From: Spirochaetota bacterium
GTDB lineage: Bacteria > Spirochaetota > Spirochaetia > Treponematales > UBA12059
NCBI GenBank assembly: GCA_041306765.1
Contig: JBFZER010000314.1
Span: forward strand, 1 to 37,525
Direction: 5' to 3'
Length of the DNA stretch: 37,525 nt
Positions 16,207 to 24,663 of the stretch are shown here, in pieces (within the stretch, counting starts at the first letter, position 1; every line of letters begins with the position of its first letter). The position numbers were made by a program, and so were the translations under genes. The notes under the pieces are model-generated. The model was not told the origin of the DNA and ran no database searches. It was given only the letters and a program-made list of their open reading frames with translations.

Positions 16207-17538
16207 ATGGTATCCGGAACGGTAGCGCTCCTGATTCTGGTGGTCGCGGTGGTGGCCATCGTCTTCCTGACGGGGAAGTACAAGGTGAACGCCTTCCTCG
16301 TCCTGATCGGCGTGGCCTTCGCCTTCGGCCTCGCCATCGGACTGCCCGCCCTGGATGTGGTCGGCAAGATCAAGACCGGGTTCGGCGGCACCCTGACGAA
16401 TATCGGCATAGTCATCGTGGCCGGCACGATCATGGGAACCATCCTGGAGAAGACCGGGGCGGCCCTGTCCATGACCCAGGCCATCCTGAAGCTGGTGGGC
16501 AAGAACCGCGCCCCCCTGGCCATGAACGCCGCGGGATATGTGGTGTCCATCCCGGTGTTCTGTGACTCCGGCTTCGTCATCCTGAATCCCCTGAACAAGG
16601 CCCTGGCCAAGGAGACCGGCACGTCCATGGCGGTCATGGCCGTCGCCCTGGCCACCGGACTCTATGCCACCCATACCATGGTGCCCCCCACCCCGGGTCC
16701 CATCGCCGCGGCGGGCGCCCTCTCGGCGGATCTCGGCAGGGTGATCCTGTACGGCCTCATCGCCGCCGTCCCCGCGTCCCTGGCGGGGCTCTTCTGGGCC
16801 ACCAAGGTTGCCAAAAAGTACCCGATCGAGGCGAATGTCGAGGAGTCCTACAGCGACATCGTGAAGAAGTACGGCAAGCTCCCGAACACCTTCCTGTCCT
16901 TCCTGCCCATCGTCCTGCCCATCGTCCTCATTCTTTTCAAGAGCCTGGCGGAGTTCCCGTCCAAGCCCTTCGGCGAGGCGGACTTCCAGAAATTCATCCG
17001 CTTCATCGGAGACCCGGTCACCGCGCTCATGCTGGGCGTCCTGTGCAGCTTCCTCCTGATCCGCAAGGGCGAACTCGGAAAGGCCGTTGACGGCTGGCTG
17101 GGCGAGGGGATCAAGGATTCCGCGATCATCCTGGTCATCACCGCCGCGGGCGGCTCCTTCGGGGCCATGATCGCCGCCAGCCCCATCGTCGGGTTCCTCA
17201 AGGGCAGCCTGACCGGCCTGTCCCTGGGCGTGTTCCTGCCCTTCATCATAGCCGCGGCACTCAAGACGGCTCAGGGTTCCTCCACGGTGGCCATCATCAC
17301 CACCTCCACGATCCTGGCCCCCATGATGGGGAGCCTCGGCCTCGATCCCGCCCTGACGGTGGTGGCCATCGGCGCCGGTTCCATGGTGGTATCCCACGCC
17401 AACGACTCCTACTTCTGGGTTGTGTCCCAGTTCTCGGGGATGCCCGTGAACACGGCCTACAAGGCCTACTCCAGCGCCACCGCGGTCGAGGGCATCGTGG
17501 CCGCCCTGGTGGTCGCCGTCATGTCCCTGTTCGTATAA
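16207..17538 (+). CDS. GntP-family anion:H+ symporter (gluconate/glycerate type)
   Basis: 443 aa and highly hydrophobic. Family blocks present are FGGTLTNIGIVIVAGTIMG, VVSIPVFCDSGFVILNPL and the C-terminal SHANDSYFWVVSQF. AAGGAGG lies 6 nt upstream of the ATG. Confidence 0.9.
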   Translation: MVSGTVALLILVVAVVAIVFLTGKYKVNAFLVLIGVAFAFGLAIGLPALDVVGKIKTGFGGTLTNIGIVIVAGTIMGTILEKTGAALSMTQAILKLVGKNRAPLAMNAAGYVVSIPVFCDSGFVILNPLNKALAKETGTSMAVMAVALATGLYATHTMVPPTPGPIAAAGALSADLGRVILYGLIAAVPASLAGLFWATKVAKKYPIEANVEESYSDIVKKYGKLPNTFLSFLPIVLPIVLILFKSLAEFPSKPFGEADFQKFIRFIGDPVTALMLGVLCSFLLIRKGELGKAVDGWLGEGIKDSAIILVITAAGGSFGAMIAASPIVGFLKGSLTGLSLGVFLPFIIAAALKTAQGSSTVAIITTSTILAPMMGSLGLDPALTVVAIGAGSMVVSHANDSYFWVVSQFSGMPVNTAYKAYSSATAVEGIVAALVVAVMSLFV

Positions 17539-17548
17539 GGATTCTTCC

Positions 17549-18916
17549 ATGGACCACGCCCGCACGAGAACCGACGCATCCGAGATCTTCGCCGCGGGCG
17601 TGGCCAGCGTGGACCCCCGGCCCATGGTCCGGGAGGCCCTCCGGCTGGAGGGGCATATCCTGACCGTGGACGCCGGAGGGAGGTCCGCCGCCTGGGACCT
17701 CCGGCGCTTCGACAGGATCCTGGTCCTGGGCTACGGCAAGGCCGGGGCGCGGATGGCCCGGGGGGCCGAGGAGGCTCTGGGGGAGCGCCTGACCGGCGGG
17801 GTCGTGGCCGTCAAGGCGGGCTTCGCGGAGCCCTGCGAACGGATACATATCCTGGAGGCCGCCCACCCGGTGCCGGACGAGTCCTCCGTCCAGGCCGCCC
17901 GGGCGGTGATGGAGGCGGCCCGGACTGCGGACCCTAGGACCCTGGTCCTGGTACTGGTATCCGGCGGGGGTTCCGCCATCCTCTGCGCCCCCTATGACCG
18001 GGACGGGCGTTCCCTGACCCTGCCGGACAAGGCCGCGGTCACCCGGGAGCTCCTGGCCTGCGGGGCGGACATCCGGGAGATAAACGCCGTGCGGCGGCAC
18101 CTGTCCGCCGTCAAGGGCGGCCGCCTGGCGGAGGCCCTGGCTCCCGCGACCGTCGTGTCCCTGATCCTTTCCGACGTGGTGGGGGATGAACTGGCCTCCA
18201 TCGCCAGCGGTCCCACCGTCCCGGACCCCACGACCTGGGCCGACGCCCTGGGCATAGTCCGGCGCTTCGGCATCGAGGACCGGATTCCCGCGTCCGCGGC
18301 GGCCCTGCTCCGGGACGGGGCGGCGGGCCTTCTGCCCGACACGCCCAAGCCCGGGGACCCGGCGTTCCGGCGGGTCGCCAATATCGTCCTCGGCTCGAAC
18401 CGGCGCGCGGCCCTGACCGCCGCCTCCCGGGCCCGGAACCTGGGCTACCGCACCCTGTACCTGGGATCCCGGATCACCGGGGAGGCCCGGGAGATAGCCC
18501 GGGTCTACCTGGGCATGGCCCTGGACTGTGCCGCCGAGGGCAGCCCCCGATCCCTGCCCGCCTGCATCCTGGCCGGCGGGGAGACGACGGTCACCCTGCG
18601 GGGATCCGGCAAGGGCGGGCGCAACCAGGAGATGGCCCTGGCCTTCCTGGCGGGCCTGGCGGACGCGGAGCCGCGGCTTGCCGGGCGGATATGCTTCCTG
18701 TCCGCGGGAACGGACGGCAACGACGGACCCACGGACGCCGCGGGCGCCTTCGCGGATACAAGCATCCTGGAGGCCGCCCGGACCGGGGGATTGAAGCCCC
18801 GGGACTACCTGTCGGCCAACGACTCCTACGCCTTCTTCGACCGGATCGGGGGCCTGCTGCGCACCGGCCCCACCAACACGAACGTCTGCGATTTGCAGGT
18901 GGTGCTGGTGAGGTAG
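17549..18916 (+). CDS. Glycerate 2-kinase / hydroxypyruvate reductase-like protein (DUF4147 + MOFRL family)
   Basis: 455 aa with blocks ILVLGYGKAGARMA, LVSGGGSA, INAVRRHLSAVKGGRLA, AGGETTVTLRGSGKGGRNQE and GTDGNDGPTDAAGA, typical of the TtuD/GckA-type kinase. Confidence 0.85.
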   Translation: MDHARTRTDASEIFAAGVASVDPRPMVREALRLEGHILTVDAGGRSAAWDLRRFDRILVLGYGKAGARMARGAEEALGERLTGGVVAVKAGFAEPCERIHILEAAHPVPDESSVQAARAVMEAARTADPRTLVLVLVSGGGSAILCAPYDRDGRSLTLPDKAAVTRELLACGADIREINAVRRHLSAVKGGRLAEALAPATVVSLILSDVVGDELASIASGPTVPDPTTWADALGIVRRFGIEDRIPASAAALLRDGAAGLLPDTPKPGDPAFRRVANIVLGSNRRAALTAASRARNLGYRTLYLGSRITGEAREIARVYLGMALDCAAEGSPRSLPACILAGGETTVTLRGSGKGGRNQEMALAFLAGLADAEPRLAGRICFLSAGTDGNDGPTDAAGAFADTSILEAARTGGLKPRDYLSANDSYAFFDRIGGLLRTGPTNTNVCDLQVVLVR

Positions 18917-18984
18917 GGGAAACTCCGGGAATCCAGACTCTACCGCCCCGGAAGGTTCCGAATCGAGGTCGACCCGGTCCGGTT

Positions 18985-19668
18985 TTATTCCGACGACCCT
19001 TTACACACGGTATTTTCGGATAGAACCCCGCTCCACCGGATCAGCGGGTACAGGACAGACCCTCTGCCCAGGATGGTTCCGGGGTTGAGGACGCAGTTGC
19101 AGCCGACCTGGCAGTCGTCGCCGATAAGGGCCCCCAGTTTTTCCAGACCGGTATCTACAACCCTGTCCCCGATCCGGATTCTAACCTGCCGTTTGTCGAG
19201 GCGCAGGTTCGAGAGGATGACCCCGGCGCCAAGGTGGGACCGACTCCCGAGGATGGAATCCCCGACATAGTTGAAGTGGGGTACCTCCGCTCCGGGCAGG
19301 AGGTAGGAGTTCTTGAGCTCGCAGGCGTGGCCCAGGACAACCCCCTTCTCCGCCAGGACGTTCTCCCTGCAATACAGCCCCTGCCTCAGGACGCAGCCTC
19401 TGCCAATCCAAGCCGGCCCTTTGACAAATACGCCGGGCTCGACGATGCAGTCCGGGCCCAGGTAGATGTCGGGTCCGAATGCGGAGCCCGGAGGCACCTC
19501 CGAATGGAGCCCGGGGGGATAGGGCCCGGACAGCAGGGTCCGGAGGTAGGCGCCGATACTTCCGACCGCCTCCCAGGGCCATTCAAGGCCGTCGAACAGG
19601 GCCGAGTGCTCCGCGTCCCCGAGATCGAAGAGTTCGGGGATGCGGGATTCCGGATCATTTCGGGTCAT
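18985..19668 (-). CDS. Left-handed beta-helix (hexapeptide-repeat) protein, GlmU C-terminal-domain-like
   Basis: 227 aa with serial hexapeptide-like repeats (IVEPGVFVKGPAWIGRGCVLRQGLY, VGDSILGSRSHLGAGVILSN, IGDDCQVGCNCVLNPGTILG). GGAGG lies 4 nt upstream of the ATG. The gene overlaps the upstream gene by 14 nt. Confidence 0.75.
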   Translation of the reverse strand: MTRNDPESRIPELFDLGDAEHSALFDGLEWPWEAVGSIGAYLRTLLSGPYPPGLHSEVPPGSAFGPDIYLGPDCIVEPGVFVKGPAWIGRGCVLRQGLYCRENVLAEKGVVLGHACELKNSYLLPGAEVPHFNYVGDSILGSRSHLGAGVILSNLRLDKRQVRIRIGDRVVDTGLEKLGALIGDDCQVGCNCVLNPGTILGRGSVLYPLIRWSGVLSENTVCKGSSE

Positions 19669-20584
19669 CGTTCCTCCCGACCGCGGGGGCGGAACCCGCG
19701 TTCCAAAGGGGGCTCGGGTACCGGCCCTCCGCCGTTAGCGCCTGTATTCTCGCCCGCGTGTCCTCGAGGTCCTGCCGAAAGGTCAATCCCAGGGGGCGGT
19801 CTTCCACCGGCAGGACGTGGACACGGGCCCGCCCTTCGGAGACGAGAGTCTGGACGAGATGGGGAAGATAGAATTCGGCCGATTCCGAGTCGCGGTTCTC
19901 CAGGAGGAAGCGTTGGAAGATCGGGCGCGCGAGGGAAAAGATGGAAGGCGAAAAGCCCCAGAGGTTCATGGAGATCACCTCGCCGTCGTCAAGTTCCGAG
20001 GTCTTCCCCCCGGGATCGAGGGAGACGATGCGATCTCCCTGCCGCTCCAGGGCCTTGTGTTCCCGGATTGCGATCAGGGTGCCGTCCGTTCCGACGCGGC
20101 AGATCCCCCGGGAGACGATCCCGTGGGGACTCAAGACCCTGTCCAGCCGGTAGCCTGCCATGCAGTAGTCGGTCCCTGCGGGCTCGGCGGACTCCAGGAA
20201 GGTGCGGATGATCAGGAGGGCCTGTCTTCCGTAGAAATCGTCCGCGTTGATCACTGCAAAGGGGGATTCCAGGGTTTTTTCGGCGCAGAGAAGGGCATGG
20301 CCCGTTCCCCAGGGTTTTTGCCGGGCGTGAGCCGGGGACGGATCCTCCTGGAATACCACGGAGGGCCGGGCGTGAGACGGCAGCCTGGATAGGAGGACTT
20401 CGGAAAAGGTCTCCGCCATGGATGGCCGGATGACGACCACAGGCTCCGAGAACCCCGCCTCTAGGGCGTCATAGAGGGAATATTCCAAAAGGCTCTCGCC
20501 GGCCGGCCCCACGGCCGCGAGCTGTTTCAGGCCGCCGAACCGGGAGCCCAGTCCGGCGGCCATCACGAACAATTTCACACCCAC
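19655..20584 (-). CDS. Sugar-phosphate nucleotidyltransferase (GT-A/NTP_transferase fold)
   Basis: 309 aa. The N-terminal signature is FVMAAGLGSRFGGLKQL, followed by KPWGTGHALL and VINADDFYG. The start is GTG at 20584, with ATG at 20563 as the alternative. Confidence 0.8.
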   Translation of the reverse strand: MGVKLFVMAAGLGSRFGGLKQLAAVGPAGESLLEYSLYDALEAGFSEPVVVIRPSMAETFSEVLLSRLPSHARPSVVFQEDPSPAHARQKPWGTGHALLCAEKTLESPFAVINADDFYGRQALLIIRTFLESAEPAGTDYCMAGYRLDRVLSPHGIVSRGICRVGTDGTLIAIREHKALERQGDRIVSLDPGGKTSELDDGEVISMNLWGFSPSIFSLARPIFQRFLLENRDSESAEFYLPHLVQTLVSEGRARVHVLPVEDRPLGLTFRQDLEDTRARIQALTAEGRYPSPLWNAGSAPAVGRNDDPK

Positions 20585-20638
20585 ACCCGGATTCTACATC
20601 GGACGGGGGCCGTGTCAACCGCCGCCCTGGGGACGCGG

Positions 20639-20692
20639 CTTCTTAATCGATCCTTAACGCCTGCCTCTTCCTTCTTAACGCATCCTTAATGG
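20639..20692 (+). promoter_or_regulatory. Four phased (T/C)CTTAA boxes forming two ~22-bp direct repeats; candidate OmpR-family (KdpE-like) binding array
   Basis: CTTAA occurs at 20642, 20653, 20674 and 20685, a spacing of 11, 21 and 11 bp. The two repeats are CTTCTTAATCGATCCTTAACGC and CTTCTTAACGCATCCTTAATGG (about 17/22 identical, 32 bp apart). A TAAAGT -10-like hexamer follows at 20696-20701, and the kdpD-like ATG is at 20726. Confidence 0.4.
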
Positions 20693-20725
20693 GACTAAAG
20701 TTTCGCAGGGTGGTACCCTATCCGC

Positions 20726-22651
20726 ATGGATGAAGGTCTTGAAAGCCGCCCGGAGACCGGCCACGGCGGCCATTTCCTGGTGGCCGTGACCGGAAGCGGG
20801 AACTCGGAATACCTGATCCGGTGGACGGAATCCGCCGCGCGGCGACAGGGAGCCACCTGGACCGCCCTGCATGTCCACGACCCGGACCGCCCGGATGACC
20901 CCGCGAATATCGAACGCAACCTGTTCCTGGCCAAGCGCCTGGGGGCCGAGATCCTCTCGGTCGTGGACCGGGAGGTGGCGGCGTGCATCGTCCGCCACGC
21001 ACGGATCAAGGAATCCACCGCCCTGGTGATCGGCAAGGCCGAGGAGGGGGAGGTACCCTTCCTCGGCCGCCGCAGCGTCATGGAAGGGATCCTCAAGGAG
21101 TCCGGAGACCTGGACCTCGTGATCCTGCGCGGCAAGACCCCCGTCCGGCCGACCCGTAGGCCCCTGAAGATCCGGGGGAAGGCCGGCGCCTTCCGGGGGA
21201 TACCCTACGCGCTGGCGGCCCTTTTCGCCGTGACGGCAGTCGGGCATCTTGCCCAGCCCGCCCTGGGATACCGGGCCGTTTCCATCCTGTACCTCCTGGC
21301 CATCATCACCCTGCCCTTCGCCTGCGGCCGCCTCACCGTCATCGGGAGCGCGGCCCTCAGCGCCCTGGCCTGGAACTTCCTGTTCATCCCGCCGCGGCTG
21401 ACCTTCTCGATCGCCAGCCTGGAGGACCTGCTGATGTTCGCGGCCTTCTTCCTGGCCGCTTTTGTCGGGGGCCTGCTGACCTCGAGGCTCAAGGAGAAAG
21501 AATCGGCGCTGTCCCTTCGGGAGCGCAGGATGGCCTTCCTGTACGGCTTCACCCGCGCCGTCTCACGGGTCCGGGGAATCGAGGACCTGGCGCGGCTGGC
21601 CGCCGATTATCTTGAGCGTCACATGCGCCTGTCGGCCTTCACCATCCTGCGCGGTCCTGACGGGAAGCTCGACGCGGGGCGGTCTCCGGTACCGGGTGCC
21701 GGTCCGGCCCCGGGCTTCGACCCGGCCTCCGCGCAGCGGTGCTTCGATTCCGACGAGTGCGTCCCGGAGGGGGACGACAGCCTGTACATCCCCCTGGGCT
21801 CCCAGGGCGACGTGCTGGGGGTACTGTACGTCACGGGCCGCGGCGAGAGGAACCTACGCGGCGAGACCCGGGAACTCCTTGCGGCCCTGGCCGGCAACCT
21901 GGCTCTGGCCCTGGAACGCGAACTCCTGGCGGAAGAGAACGAGCGCAACAAGATGGCCGGCGAGTCGGCCCGGCTTTCCAAGATCCTGCTCAACCATGTT
22001 TCCCACGAGCTTCGCACTCCCCTGACCACCATCATGGGCTCCGTAAGCGGCCTTCTGGAAGGGAACGCCGCGGAGGATCCCCGGCTCCGGAGCGAATTGC
22101 TGACGGAAACCCTGATCGCCGCGAACAAGCTCAACCTCATCGTGGAGGATCTCCTGGCCATGAGCCGGTTGGAGACGGGACGGCTCGCCCTGCGCCCGGA
22201 ACCGGCCTACCTGGGCGAACTGCTCGGGGCCGCCCGGGACGGCCTGGACGCAGACCTGGCCGGAAGGATCCTGCTCCTTGCGGACGGCGCCCGTGACGCC
22301 GAGATCGAAGCGGATCCGGTCCTGATGGTCCAGGTCTTCCGGAATCTCGTGCGAAACTTCGCGGCGTACACCCCCGCTGGATCCACCCTCCGGGTGGAGT
22401 GGGAATCTGCGCCGGGCGCCTCGGTGATCCGGTTTTCCGACGACGGCCCGGGGGTGCCCGACCGGGAACTTCCCCTGCTCTTCGACACCTTCTTCCGGGG
22501 ATCCCGAGTCTCCGCCCGGCAGGGCTGCGGCCTCGGGCTGGCCATCTGCCGGGGGATCGTGGAAGCCCACGGGGGCTCCGCGCGGGCTGCCCGGAGCGAT
22601 CGGGGCGGGCTTCTCGTGGAACTTCGCCTGCCGTGGAGGGGTACGCCGTGA
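20726..22651 (+). CDS. kdpD: KdpD-family sensor histidine kinase lacking the N-terminal KdpD domain (Usp - DUF4118 TM - GAF-like - HisKA - HATPase)
   Basis: 641 aa. It starts directly in a Usp-like domain (HFLVAVTGSGNSEYLIRW ... LVIGK). The TM block with WNFLFIPPRLTFSI is the KdpD/DUF4118 hallmark. The H-box is HVSHELRTPLTTI, and the G-box is GCGLGLAICRGIVEAHGG. Confidence 0.85.
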   Translation: MDEGLESRPETGHGGHFLVAVTGSGNSEYLIRWTESAARRQGATWTALHVHDPDRPDDPANIERNLFLAKRLGAEILSVVDREVAACIVRHARIKESTALVIGKAEEGEVPFLGRRSVMEGILKESGDLDLVILRGKTPVRPTRRPLKIRGKAGAFRGIPYALAALFAVTAVGHLAQPALGYRAVSILYLLAIITLPFACGRLTVIGSAALSALAWNFLFIPPRLTFSIASLEDLLMFAAFFLAAFVGGLLTSRLKEKESALSLRERRMAFLYGFTRAVSRVRGIEDLARLAADYLERHMRLSAFTILRGPDGKLDAGRSPVPGAGPAPGFDPASAQRCFDSDECVPEGDDSLYIPLGSQGDVLGVLYVTGRGERNLRGETRELLAALAGNLALALERELLAEENERNKMAGESARLSKILLNHVSHELRTPLTTIMGSVSGLLEGNAAEDPRLRSELLTETLIAANKLNLIVEDLLAMSRLETGRLALRPEPAYLGELLGAARDGLDADLAGRILLLADGARDAEIEADPVLMVQVFRNLVRNFAAYTPAGSTLRVEWESAPGASVIRFSDDGPGVPDRELPLLFDTFFRGSRVSARQGCGLGLAICRGIVEAHGGSARAARSDRGGLLVELRLPWRGTP

Positions 22652-23337
22652 CCCCGGTGCTGGTGGTGGACGACGAGGTCCAGATCCGCAGGCTCCTGCG
22701 CCTCTACCTGGAAAAGGAAGGGTACGCGGTGTTCGAGGCCGACACATGGGAGGAGGGGCTGCGGCAGTTCAACGCCGTAAAGCCCGGAATCGTCCTGCTG
22801 GACCTCGGCCTTCCGGACGGGGACGGCCGGGAGCTCCTGCAGGCCGTCCGCAAGCGGGGAGATACGCCGGTGATCATCCTGTCCGTCCGGAACTCGGAGG
22901 AGGACATCACGGGGCACCTGGACGCCGGGGCGGACGACTACCTGATCAAGCCCTTCGGAGCGGGGGAGCTCGTCGCACGGATGCGGGTGGCCCTGCGGCA
23001 CCGTCTGCCCCAGGCCGCCGTTGGCAGGCCCGTCCGGGTGGGTCTTCTCGAGGTGCGCCTGGACGTCCGGGAGGCCCTTCGGGACGGGGTCCCGGAGCAC
23101 CTGACTCCCACCGAGTGGTCGATCCTGGAGATCCTGGTGCGCAACGCCGGGAAGATCCTCACCCGGAACCAGATCCTGCGCGAGGTCTGGGGTCCCGACA
23201 TGACCTGGGAGTTCAACAACCTCAGGGTATACGTCAACCAGCTTCGCAAGAAGATCGAGGCGGAACCTTCCGAGCCCCGGACCCTGCTGACCGAGCCGGG
23301 GGTCGGATACCGGCTCAAGCTGGAACCCCTCAGATGA
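22648..23337 (+). CDS. kdpE: OmpR-family response regulator, KdpE-like
   Basis: This is the real part of track ORF 22399..23337. The GTG at 22648 overlaps the kinase TGA (GTGA). The receiver domain carries VLVVDDE and VLLDLGLPDGDG. The winged-helix C-terminus is LTPTEWSILEILVRNAGKILT ... TEPGVGYRL. Confidence 0.9.
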   Translation: MTPVLVVDDEVQIRRLLRLYLEKEGYAVFEADTWEEGLRQFNAVKPGIVLLDLGLPDGDGRELLQAVRKRGDTPVIILSVRNSEEDITGHLDAGADDYLIKPFGAGELVARMRVALRHRLPQAAVGRPVRVGLLEVRLDVREALRDGVPEHLTPTEWSILEILVRNAGKILTRNQILREVWGPDMTWEFNNLRVYVNQLRKKIEAEPSEPRTLLTEPGVGYRLKLEPLR

Positions 23338-24659
23338 GGCGCGCGTTCAAGTCCGATACGGCCTACCTCCTGTCGTTTTTCCTTATCGTCATCGGGATCG
23401 GGACCTTCCTCCTGCTTCTGCCCGCCTCCTGGACCGGGCGGCCGGGACGGCTCTCGCCGATCGACGCCCTGTTCACCTCGACCTCCGCGGTATGCGTGAC
23501 CGGGCTTGTCACCGTGGATACCGCGGATTTCACCCGCTTCGGCCAGACCGTCATCCTGGCCCTCATCCAGGTGGGGGGCCTGGGAATCGTATCCTTCACC
23601 TCCTTCATGCTCATCCTTCCCGGCGGCAGGCTTCCCTTCCGGAGGCTCCGGACCATCCGGAGCTATTCCGTACAGGGTGTCGAGAACGATCCTCTCCGGA
23701 TTTTGCGGAGCATCGTGGTTACCACCTTCCTGATCGAGTCCCTCGGGGCCGCGGCCCTGGCCCTGCAGTTCGCCCGGCTGGGCCGATCCGACCCGGTCTT
23801 CCTGGGCATTTTCCATGCCGTCTCGGCGTTCTGCAACGCGGGCTTTTCCGTGTTCCCGGACAGCCTGGAGCGCTTCAAAGGAGAGCCGGTCCTCCTGGGA
23901 ACCGTCGCGGTCCTCATCGTGACCGGGGGCATCGGGTTCATCGTTCTGCAGGATATCGCGCGGAGGATCCGCGGGAAGAAACGGATCCTGAGCTATCACT
24001 CCAGGCTCATGCTCTCGATCACAGCCGTCCTGGTCCTGAGCGCCGCCGCCGCGTTCTGGATGCTGGAAAAGGACCACGCCTTTTCCGGGATGTCGAACCT
24101 GGACCGGGCGATGAATTCCATTTTCCAGTCCGTGACGCCGAGGACCGCGGGCTTCAACGCGGTCCACCAGGCCGACCTGCGCCAGCCGACCAAGTTCCTC
24201 ACGATCCTCCTCATGTTCATCGGCGGTGCCCCGGGTTCCATAGCCGGGGGCGTCAAGATCGCCACGGCTTACGTGGTGCTGCTGGTGATGCTCAAGAGGG
24301 CGAACGAACGGGGGGAGATCAACTCCTTCCGGCGCCGGCTCACCCCGGAGACCATCAACGCGGCGGTCATCTACTTCATCAAGGCGGCCTTCCTTCTGAT
24401 CTTCGCAGCCGGGGTGCTCAGCGTCGTGGAGGCTCCCCGGGGCGCCGACTTCGGCCACATCGCCTTCGAGGTGACCTCCGCCTTCGGGACCGTCGGGCTT
24501 TCCCTGGACTTCACTGCGGGCCTTTCTCCGGCAGGGAAGCTCGTGATCATCGGGACCATGTTCACCGGGAGGGTGGGCCTCCTGGCATTCCTGTTCCTGG
24601 GCGGTACTACCCGGGCGGGCAATTTCGTGTATCCCGAAGCGGATATCCTCATAGGGTAG
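23334..24659 (+). CDS. ktrB: TrkH/KtrB-family K+ uptake membrane subunit
   Basis: This is the real part of track ORF 22746..24659. The ATG at 23334 overlaps the regulator TGA (ATGA). Selectivity-filter-like blocks are SAVCVTGL, IQVGGLG, CNAGFS, RTAGFN, MFIGGAPGSIAGGVK and SAFGTVGLS. Confidence 0.9.
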   Translation: MRRAFKSDTAYLLSFFLIVIGIGTFLLLLPASWTGRPGRLSPIDALFTSTSAVCVTGLVTVDTADFTRFGQTVILALIQVGGLGIVSFTSFMLILPGGRLPFRRLRTIRSYSVQGVENDPLRILRSIVVTTFLIESLGAAALALQFARLGRSDPVFLGIFHAVSAFCNAGFSVFPDSLERFKGEPVLLGTVAVLIVTGGIGFIVLQDIARRIRGKKRILSYHSRLMLSITAVLVLSAAAAFWMLEKDHAFSGMSNLDRAMNSIFQSVTPRTAGFNAVHQADLRQPTKFLTILLMFIGGAPGSIAGGVKIATAYVVLLVMLKRANERGEINSFRRRLTPETINAAVIYFIKAAFLLIFAAGVLSVVEAPRGADFGHIAFEVTSAFGTVGLSLDFTAGLSPAGKLVIIGTMFTGRVGLLAFLFLGGTTRAGNFVYPEADILIG

Positions 24660-24663
24660 GGAG

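Noticed and set aside
18917-18984. Possible bidirectional terminator in the convergent gap between the glycerate kinase and the LbH gene (CCGGA...TCCGG followed by TTTTATT; GGTCGACC palindrome)
   Set aside because: The stems are only 5 bp with a 23-nt loop, or are 8-bp self-complementary sites with no loop. That is too weak to call by eye. The same applies to the GGGCGG-CGTG-CCGCCC hairpin at about 12580-12595, which lacks a T-run.
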